Virus record (IMG/VR): IMGVR_UViG_3300009788_004654
Coordinates: 1 to 47,704 of that record
Direction: 5' to 3' (one strand)
Length of the DNA: 47,704 nt
Origin: a virus
Taxonomy: Duplodnaviria; Caudoviricetes
The number at the start of each line of letters is the position of its first letter. Position 1 is the stretch's first letter. Positions 40,412-47,704 of the stretch are shown here, one piece after another. The notes below the pieces were generated by a model that saw only the letters and a program-made list of their open reading frames with translations, searched no databases and was not told the DNA's origin. The translations under genes were made by a program, and so were the position numbers.

Positions 40412-41314
40412 TCATCCTCCTCTCGTATTTGTCCAAAATTCTTTAATCACCTCAATTAAAACCTTTGGTTCAACATCATAATTCTCAGTATCATAAAATT
40501 CAGATGGAACATTATGCACATTCTCTCCTATCTTATGCCTGTTACTTTCATGTCCCCACTGAAATGTTGGAACACCACAATGCAAACTTAACACAGTTCC
40601 ACCTGACTGAGTACCCAAAGACATCACAGCATTAGAAAAAACTGCAATAGTAAAAGCAGAATAATCTGCAACATGAACTTGAGTAAGGTCATAAAACCTA
40701 TCAAAACTCTTTATACTACAACTACTATCAGGATGACCAATAGCCACAATTTTATATTCTTTAAACTCGTCAACATCTAGTAATAGTTCTATTAACTTCA
40801 CCCATCTATGATAACCATAATTGCGCCTCCTTATATATTTGAATTTACTACTATAATCTCTATGTCTAGGTACTATAACAATAAATTTACTATCTAAACT
40901 AACTAAGGTTTTAACAAATCCAGTGTATAATGGGCTTGGAGTATACTTCAAAAAAACCCTACCAAGCCATCTAGAAGCACCTTTATCACATTCTTTCCAC
41001 ATTTGCCAAGGCAGAAAGAAATTAGGATTGCGACACTTAAAAACTTTTCTACATCTATGCTGCAAATTCTTAACAATTTTATTATTCATTCCAACAAAAC
41101 TTAAACAATTTTGTATATAATTCTCATATTTTTTAGGCAGTTCAGCAAAACCACTAAGAAAATCACTATATATATGATATCTATTACAATAACTCATCAC
41201 ATATATATCTATTTTCTTTCTAGTTGCTAATCCTCTAAAATAAGGCGCAACTTTAGAAACTGACCAACCAAATTCTCCGACGTCAATTAATATATTCATC
41301 TTACCATATTCCAC
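40412..41314 (-). CDS. GT9-like glycosyltransferase
   Basis: GEFGW, RN, DL and G.QSG....L.CGVP motifs. Confidence 0.6.
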   Translation of the reverse strand: MEYGKMNILIDVGEFGWSVSKVAPYFRGLATRKKIDIYVMSYCNRYHIYSDFLSGFAELPKKYENYIQNCLSFVGMNNKIVKNLQHRCRKVFKCRNPNFFLPWQMWKECDKGASRWLGRVFLKYTPSPLYTGFVKTLVSLDSKFIVIVPRHRDYSSKFKYIRRRNYGYHRWVKLIELLLDVDEFKEYKIVAIGHPDSSCSIKSFDRFYDLTQVHVADYSAFTIAVFSNAVMSLGTQSGGTVLSLHCGVPTFQWGHESNRHKIGENVHNVPSEFYDTENYDVEPKVLIEVIKEFWTNTRGG

Positions 41315-42128
41315 ATTTTTTATCTTTACATATTACAGAAAAAAACTCATCAAAATTCATATTTCCTACAGACTCTTCAATATTTTTAAATTTCATCTTC
41401 TCATCTTTTTTCGACTGTTCATTACCTGATGTCAATACATTACATATTGAACCGTAAATACTTCCAGCATGTAAAGCTAATTTTATATGCAAAGCAAGAG
41501 AATAAGTACTACTACCAGTAATTTTATCTAACTTTCTCCAATAATGCTGATCATGTCCCTTATTTCTACCTACCAAAAGTTTAACCTTTGAATATCCTAT
41601 ATCTCTAAAAAAATCAGATTTAATAGACCAAAAACCAGAACCACCACATTTACCAACAGAAGCTTCAACATCAGCTATCTTTACAGACAACTTAGCACGT
41701 TTCATTATGCCGCCTGGAGCTTGACTTATAACTTTGACATTTTTAAGCTTATTCTTCTTAACATCAGCCCAAGCTTTCTTAAAAGTAATATCCCATCCTG
41801 GTAACACAATTACATCATTATCTAAAAACAATAAAAAATCATATTCATCTTTTTTAGGATCTTGCTCATGATTGAATCCAAATTGATTACATGCTACAGC
41901 TTTACTAAATGCATTAAAAGTAGAAGACTGTGTATTAAATACAACTTGATCTATACGACTTTTCTTATATAAATCACAGAAATATTTAAAATGTTCATCA
42001 ACTATATAATTGGTTAGGTTGTTATAAACATAAATATGATGTTCAATCCTAGAATGTCTCTCAAGAGCTTCGATACATTTAGATGTCAAGCTAAGTCTAT
42101 TTCGGACGGTCAAGAACACTTTTACCAT
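41301..42128 (-). CDS. glycosyltransferase family 2-like protein
   Basis: T..NR, N and FLDND motifs. Confidence 0.75.
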   Translation of the reverse strand: MVKVFLTVRNRLSLTSKCIEALERHSRIEHHIYVYNNLTNYIVDEHFKYFCDLYKKSRIDQVVFNTQSSTFNAFSKAVACNQFGFNHEQDPKKDEYDFLLFLDNDVIVLPGWDITFKKAWADVKKNKLKNVKVISQAPGGIMKRAKLSVKIADVEASVGKCGGSGFWSIKSDFFRDIGYSKVKLLVGRNKGHDQHYWRKLDKITGSSTYSLALHIKLALHAGSIYGSICNVLTSGNEQSKKDEKMKFKNIEESVGNMNFDEFFSVICKDKKCGIW

Positions 42129-42133
42129 TATTA

Positions 42134-43294
42134 TTAGTTCCTTATTATTGCTGGATTTCTCATTATAACTGGTTCTCTTATAAAATATTTCTTCAAGTCA
42201 CTTAAAAATATGTCACTTCGTCTATTCTTTGAACAATTCTCATTCTCACTTATTACTTGTAGATTTATTGCATTTCCTATAAATCTTGGATCAACATTAT
42301 TTTTAAACCCATCTACTTTTGAATATATATGATCTAATTGATATAATCCCCTACCAATAGTTCTATTATGTGGATTAACTATATAATAATATTTTTTTAG
42401 AGATTCTTTAGTATGTATATCAACCTGAATATAATATTTTTCCATATCAGGTCGTAGTTCATATGGTATCATCGTTCCGTTTTCAATTTTAGTCTTCATA
42501 ATTTTATCTCTATGCCCATCAGACTTCCACATTTTTTTTCTAAGTTCTGAAAACAACTTTCTATATTCATCAGACTTCCACATTTTTTTAAACTCTCTAG
42601 AATGTTGTTTTCTCCTTTTCTTAGCTTTTTCTAGACCCAATATTTCTTCATAGGTTTTATCTCTAAACTTATCCCCTATTTTTTTAGAAATTTCTTTAGC
42701 TTTCTTTTTACCAAAGACCTCAACATGGGTTTTACCACCTTTATAGTTATTTAATCCGCTTATTTTATCTCTATTCTTCTTCACAGACATATATTTTTTA
42801 TTACCAACACTTACTTTCTTCTTTACTTCTTTAGCTTTTTCTATTCCCATATATTCTTCATATTTACCTCTTTTCTTAGATTCTTTCTTACGTATTTCTC
42901 TGGCTTTATCTTTACCAAACAACTCCTCTATAGTTTTACCTTTCCATTTAGCCCTTTCTTTTTTGAATCGTTCCCAAGTTTTCTTACCCCATCTTACTTC
43001 TGGATGCAAATAATTATATTCACTTGCTTTACCAGCACAAGAACGACATCTAAGATTAGTAGCATTTTCACTATTACTATCTATATTAATGTGACAATCA
43101 ACACAATATCTAGCTCTAAATGGAAAATTTCTTTTATTATTATATTTCTCTAAATAAGATTTTCCACACACTCCTCTAACATGTTGTGCAATGCCACTTC
43201 TATTTTTATGAGTAGCTCCACAAAACTCACAAGTAAATTTTGGCACTACAACTATAGGAAATCTTTTTATAGTCTTTTCCTTTTTCTTAACCAC
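42134..43294 (-). mobile_element. free-standing HNH homing endonuclease
   Basis: N-terminal Zn fingers, four KTxEExxGxEKA repeats and C-terminal LDH...NLQ....N..K. Confidence 0.75.
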
Positions 43295-43301
43295 AATATA
43301 T

Positions 43302-44438
43302 TTATCCTTTTTTTACTAGTGGTAACAGCTTATCAATCAAAGCTTTTTCAATTAGTTCGGGCTTTATCAGATTCATACATGCTGAACTTCCATCTTTTAA
43401 AGAATTTCTACATGGAATATTTCCATGTAGATAACATGGACTACAATTTGTAACGCCCTGCAAAGCTATAGCATTATTGTAGTATTTGAGTCTCATATCA
43501 CTGTCGAATGCTCCAAATAAGCCTAATATATACTTACCAAAAGCCCCTGCCAAATGTAAAGCAGAACTATCAGCACCTATAACAATATCACAAAAATTTA
43601 CTATACTCATAAACCTATCAATAGAAGTAGAATACTTAGTAAAATCAAAAACATTCTCACAATCAATATTTTTCATTTTAGAAGTAAGATCAAACCCATC
43701 AGTCGAAGAACCTAACAATATGACTTTTATGTTACGTTTTGCCAATAATAATATTAGTTTATTAGTTAAATCAAGAGAATAATTCCTTATAGGCGAAGAA
43801 GTTTTAACTTGTATTCCCACAATAATATCTTCATTTATATTTATATCTAGTCTAACAAATATCTCTTCAATATATTTCCTCTCAACAGCACTAATATTCA
43901 TCACTGGTATTTTTTTCTTTCCACTAATTTTATTGTAATCTAAATTAAAATATTGAAGAAATAAATCATATGCATTTATCTGTTCAGCAAGTGGATTTCC
44001 TTCTATTATACCTTCAAAATATAAATGATAATCAATATCTTCAATTAAATCATACGGATATGGAGTAAAAATAATATCGTCTACAAATGGACTAGCTTTA
44101 AAAATAAAACTATTAACTCTCGTAGAACCACTTATAATTTTACAAGTTGGATATTTTTCTTTTACATTTTGTATACCAACCAGCATAAACATCAAATCAC
44201 CAATACCACCACTTCTAAAACAAAACAAACTTTTATTATCCAAAGAACTTCCATCATACTTCTTATAAACCTCTTCAAAATTTGTATCTTTATTTATAAT
44301 ACCCTTACCATAGACATTAGCAAGTTCACTTACTAAAATGTCAGGCATGACATATAATCTATCCTTATCTATAGTATCACGATGATCATCAATGGTAGAA
44401 TACACTATACTACTATTAATGGCAACTAACCTCATCAT
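43302..44438 (-). CDS. glycosyltransferase family 9 (heptosyltransferase-like)
   Basis: RSGGIGD, RNY, DSSALHLAGA, LFG and CSPC...C...C motifs. Confidence 0.88.
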   Translation of the reverse strand: MMRLVAINSSIVYSTIDDHRDTIDKDRLYVMPDILVSELANVYGKGIINKDTNFEEVYKKYDGSSLDNKSLFCFRSGGIGDLMFMLVGIQNVKEKYPTCKIISGSTRVNSFIFKASPFVDDIIFTPYPYDLIEDIDYHLYFEGIIEGNPLAEQINAYDLFLQYFNLDYNKISGKKKIPVMNISAVERKYIEEIFVRLDININEDIIVGIQVKTSSPIRNYSLDLTNKLILLLAKRNIKVILLGSSTDGFDLTSKMKNIDCENVFDFTKYSTSIDRFMSIVNFCDIVIGADSSALHLAGAFGKYILGLFGAFDSDMRLKYYNNAIALQGVTNCSPCYLHGNIPCRNSLKDGSSACMNLIKPELIEKALIDKLLPLVKKG

Positions 44439-44815
44439 ACACCTCCCTTTAAATTATATTCTTTAGAAACAACTTTACCTTCAATAGAACCATCATATTT
44501 AATTATCTTTTTACCTTCATAAATTTTAGAAAACATCTCATACATAGCTTCTGAAGGTACATTAGAAACACTAGATATTAGATCTAAAAGAGAGGAGGTA
44601 ATATCCATAAGGTTTGATACATTTTTTGACAGGCTATCTATAACTCTCTCATGATTTATATGTTTATGAGCAAGTTCTATTCTGTGTTGAGTAAATGTTT
44701 TAAAATCAATATATTTAAGAATATCACAAGATTTTTCAGCAGCATTAATTCTTCTTCTAGCTCTTTTTTCAATAGACTTATGCTGCTTTTGTTTTTTCTT
44801 TTGCCTTTTCATCAA
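44435..44815 (-). CDS. hypothetical protein
   Basis: GAGAGGAG RBS. It is coupled to the GT9 gene. Confidence 0.65.
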   Translation of the reverse strand: MMKRQKKKQKQHKSIEKRARRRINAAEKSCDILKYIDFKTFTQHRIELAHKHINHERVIDSLSKNVSNLMDITSSLLDLISSVSNVPSEAMYEMFSKIYEGKKIIKYDGSIEGKVVSKEYNLKGGV

Positions 44816-44849
44816 CTACTCCTCTCATTTTTCCCCACTACCCAAAACT

Positions 44850-44872
44850 GTATACGGTAGCAAGCGTAATTT
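44850..44872 (-). promoter_or_regulatory. putative promoter AAATTA-N8-ACCGTATAC for the glycan operon
   Basis: Third copy of the RCCGTATA motif, ~35 bp upstream of the first gene of the locus. Confidence 0.4.
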
Positions 44873-44902
44873 TACACCAAAACTTTTTTCTACATATTTA
44901 TT

Positions 44903-44959
44903 CTATCTCTTACCTTCTAAATGTTTATTCATGAACTTCGCCACCCGTCGATCTGCAAA
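44903..44959 (-). pseudogene. displaced duplicate of the holin 3' end
   Basis: Encodes FADRRVAKFMNKHLEGKR*, versus the holin end FCDRRVGKFMKEHLEGKK* (45879-45935). Confidence 0.85.
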
Positions 44960-44961
44960 AA

Positions 44962-45855
44962 CTATGTTAAACATAATATCCAATTATTATTTCCAATTCC
45001 CTCAACTTTAAACTTAAGTTCAAATGCAGCTATTACTTTTCTTAAATCATAAACAAATAGAACCAACCATTTATAGTCTTTAAATCTTTTAGCTAATTTA
45101 AAATCCAACCTAATTCTATCTTCATCAATATTTTTTAACCAAACTAACATTTTTCTACTAACAGGATTCTTATTTGCTCTAGTTTTCCTTATTTTTTGAC
45201 TAACACACTTTCTTTTTGTTACATTATTATCTCCTAAATTCCACATTCTTCCTTCCTTTTTAGCAATAGCAGCAGGATTCTTATCTCCAGACCACAATTT
45301 AGATTTTAACTTTCTTCCTTCAGGAGTAGAAGAAAAATTATAGAGACTTAAATTAATCTTTGAAGTAATACCATGAGCCCCCTGTTTCTTAGCTGCTATA
45401 CTAATTCTCTTTCTAACCTCTTTAGTATGGGTTCTACCATAAAATGGATTATTTTTACCACTCATATTAACATCTCTTCTCCCACCTATACCTCCTTCAG
45501 CCATATTTAGCAAAAACCCATCACCATTAGTTACTCTACCCATAGAATTAATAAGTCTTTTCTCTAACATAACAGCTTCGTTTCTATATAAAAATTTACT
45601 TAATTTAATTATTATAGGAGGCGTTCCTAACCCTAACAATCTCCTAATAAGCTTTTCTTTTCTATTTAGTTTCTTTTTATCATTTCTATGCCATATAGCT
45701 TCTTTTAAATGACTGTGTATTCTACTACCATGTCCCATGCCAATATAAAATGGTAAAAAATTAAAACTAAAACCACCAAAAGAATAATTACCAGGCTTTC
45801 TAGGATCTAAATAAACATATACATAATTATCATTCACAACAGGATATCTTTTCAT
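44962..45855 (-). mobile_element. GIY-YIG homing endonuclease with NUMOD3
   Basis: YVYVYLDP...FYIG.G...R...H, E and LLN motifs, plus NPFYGRTHT.E.R.RIS. Confidence 0.85.
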
Positions 45856-45878
45856 ATTATTATCATTATTCCAACTTT

Positions 45879-46481
45879 TTACTTCTTACCCTCTAAATGT
45901 TCTTTCATAAATTTACCCACCCTTCTGTCACAAAACCACCAGCCGACACAACTAACTGTGAGATAAACGATTGTAAGAGTTACCTGTTCAAACATCCCTT
46001 GTGCCCATTCTGTAGTTATAGCTCCTTCAGCTTTATTAAGTATTTCATAAGCCATTATTGTAACCCATGTACTAGCTCCCACTAAATAATAAGTCAATAC
46101 AGGACGAGTAAGACCTTTCAAAAAATCTATAAATCCAAACATAAAAGAAATAATAGCAGCTACCCAAGCAGTATATTTATTACTCATTAAATTTTTCATG
46201 TAAGATTCTTGAAATAGCGACTTACTAGATTGTTTTACAGATTCTTTAAAAACATCAAGCTCTGCAACTTCCACTTCTCCTCTTGTCTTTTCTTTTGCAA
46301 CTTCCATATTCATCTTTGCTTCGAGCCTCATATTTTCACTCTCAGCGTTTAACTCATTTACTCGTATTTGCCCTTCAAGTTTTTTCATTTTGAAGTTAGT
46401 AATACCAGTAACAATAGGACCAACAAGTCCTGTTATAGCACCTAATCCTATAGAACCTAAGATATCCATCATATCTCTCAC
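45879..46481 (-). CDS. holin-like membrane protein
   Basis: Several hydrophobic helices, RP..TY and WWF.DR motifs. It lies next to the endolysin candidate. Confidence 0.7.
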   Translation of the reverse strand: MRDMMDILGSIGLGAITGLVGPIVTGITNFKMKKLEGQIRVNELNAESENMRLEAKMNMEVAKEKTRGEVEVAELDVFKESVKQSSKSLFQESYMKNLMSNKYTAWVAAIISFMFGFIDFLKGLTRPVLTYYLVGASTWVTIMAYEILNKAEGAITTEWAQGMFEQVTLTIVYLTVSCVGWWFCDRRVGKFMKEHLEGKK

Positions 46482-46485
46482 CTCC

Positions 46486-46926
46486 TTAATAAGTTTTAAT
46501 CACATGCAACATAAAATCTTCCTTATTCATTTTTCTAACAAATTTCCTTAAAGTTATTCTAGACAAAAGAACTGCAACTTGACCACGTAAAAATCCAAAA
46601 TATTTCCCCATCAAAATACATCCATAAGAATGTGTTTCATATCCCTCATCTCTATCTCCTGCAAGATTACCTGCATGAGTCAAAATCCAAGTTCTACCTT
46701 CTACATCAGTTATATGATACACTGCCCCAAATTTCTTTGATATTCTGAACCTACATAAATACTCTCCTTCAGAGATACAAGAAATATTCTGCTTATTATC
46801 TCTCCAAGGCAACTCTAATATTTTAGCAAAGAAACCAGGAGCTACCCAAAGCCCCTTTGTTCCCTGATCAGAAGTCTCAATCCTGTATAAAAATATATGT
46901 TTTATTATTTTATTCATATTCATCAT
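46486..46926 (-). CDS. DUF5675-family putative endolysin
   Basis: T.G, LELPW.DN...SCI..G.Y, V.GR..IL.H.GN and S.GCIL.G motifs. Confidence 0.8.
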   Translation of the reverse strand: MMNMNKIIKHIFLYRIETSDQGTKGLWVAPGFFAKILELPWRDNKQNISCISEGEYLCRFRISKKFGAVYHITDVEGRTWILTHAGNLAGDRDEGYETHSYGCILMGKYFGFLRGQVAVLLSRITLRKFVRKMNKEDFMLHVIKTY

Positions 46927-47197
46927 ATACCCTTATTGAAGTTGTTTCCCAAAAACCAGTCCAGCTTCCAAGTGTAGAATGAGGATGAATTTTATATGGA
47001 CCTACCTGATCTACATCACCACTTTTCAATGTGTATTTAAAATAATTTGTATTATACACAATAGCACCTGTCCACGTAGTTGTAGTACTATCAGGCTTAG
47101 TAACATGTAATACTATGTTAGTGGCAGTAGAAACATCCTCTCCCATATCAATAATTACTGGCAATCCTTCAGTATTTTTATATAATTTTTCTTCCAT
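46910..47197 (-). CDS. small beta-rich structural protein (BppU N-terminal-like)
   Basis: KPD.T...W and Y....GD.DQ.G.Y pattern, with an AAGGAG RBS. Confidence 0.55.
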   Translation of the reverse strand: MEEKLYKNTEGLPVIIDMGEDVSTATNIVLHVTKPDSTTTTWTGAIVYNTNYFKYTLKSGDVDQVGPYKIHPHSTLGSWTGFWETTSIRVYDEYE

Positions 47198-47215
47198 AAA
47201 CTTTCTCCTTAAAAA

Positions 47216-47704
47216 CTATATTCTCCCAGAATAAAGTAAAACTTCATCTAGCCTTCCAGAATAAAGTAAAACCTCATTTAGTCTCCTAGAGTGAAGCAAA
47301 ACCTCATTTAATCTTCCAGAATAAAGTAAAACCTCATTTAATCTTCCAGAATGAAGTAAAACTTCATCTAATCTTCCAGAATATAAACCTATGCCTTCAA
47401 CTAATGCAAAACTTGAACTGCTCGAACTTTTTGAAGATGAGGAACTACTCTCACTTGAAGAACTACTAGAGCTTTCAGAGCTAGAACTACTACTAGAGCT
47501 TTCAGAGCTAGAAGAGCTACTCTCACTAGAAGAAGAACTAGAACTACTCTCACTTGATGAACTACTACTAGAGCTTTCAGAACTTGAACTACTACTCTCA
47601 CTTGAAGAAGAGCTACTAGAACTTTCAGAGCTAGAACTACTACTAGAACTTTCAGAACTTGAAGAACTACTCTCACTAGAAGAGGAACTACTAGAGCTTT
47701 CAGA
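47216..47704 (-). CDS. serine-rich repeat protein, 5'-incomplete (not in ORF track)
   Basis: Open frame of 162 codons: SESSSSSSSSE... for ~100 aa, then FALVEGIG(LYSGRLDEVL)-type repeats and TAG at 47216-47218. Mixed TCN/AGY Ser codons imply selection on the protein. Confidence 0.85.
   Translation of the reverse strand, partial: SESSSSSSSSESSSSSSESSSSSSSSESSSSSSSSESSSSSSESSSSSSSSESSSSSSSSESSSSSSESSSSSSSSESSSSSSSESSSSSSKSSSSSSFALVEGIGLYSGRLDEVLLHSGRLNEVLLYSGRLNEVLLHSRRLNEVLLYSGRLDEVLLYSGRI
47221..47383. repeat. 5.4 x 30-bp coding tandem repeat, L(Y/H)S(G/R)RL(D/N)EVL
   Basis: Adjacent 30-bp units without spacers. Variation is synonymous or conservative. Confidence 0.9.

Noticed and set aside
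22820-44438. Ordinary bacterial O-antigen/capsule locus
   Set aside because: It has no export, polymerase or priming genes, is interrupted by a homing endonuclease, and is continuous in strand and signals with phage lysis and replication genes. A role in modifying the host surface is not fully excluded.
605-46085. All short plus-strand ORFs in the track
   Set aside because: They overlap well-supported minus-strand genes and show no recognisable motifs.
47221-47383. CRISPR array
   Set aside because: The 30-bp units are adjacent with no spacers, stay in frame and vary synonymously. No cas genes are present.
47401-47676. 91-aa Val/Leu-rich ORF
   Set aside because: It is an alternate-frame shadow of the poly-Ser gene.

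Overview
This AT-rich window is part of a large tailed-phage-like genome with all credible genes on the minus strand and standard stop codon usage. In transcription order (right to left) it holds: (1) the C-terminal end of a poly-serine protein with a 10-aa repeat tail, which the ORF track missed, followed by a BppU-like structural protein, a DUF5675 endolysin candidate and a holin; (2) a GIY-YIG homing endonuclease that has duplicated the 3' end of the holin; (3) a ~21.6-kb glycan locus with about 12 glycosyltransferase-like genes, 5 methyltransferase domains, a sulfotransferase and a cytidylyltransferase/radical SAM/B12-radical SAM/oxidoreductase module, and no flippase, polymerase or membrane initiator; (4) a replication module (SF2 helicase, DnaC-like loader, UDG4, DnaB-like helicase, J-domain protein, primase, DnaE); (5) a Lys-rich/poly-Glu protein; (6) a probable DNA hypermodification set (TAGT/beta-alpha-gt-like glycosyltransferase, radical SAM, DUF2284, dUMP hydroxymethylase-like enzyme) plus pyrE and a frameshifted pyrF. 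The best candidates for new systems are phage-encoded virion O-glycosylation of a Ser-rich protein and a base J-like glycosyl-hmU modification. Two structured intergenic RNA candidates and a recurring promoter motif were also seen. The first ~100 bp is a fold-back artefact. All family calls come from motif recognition by eye, not database searches.
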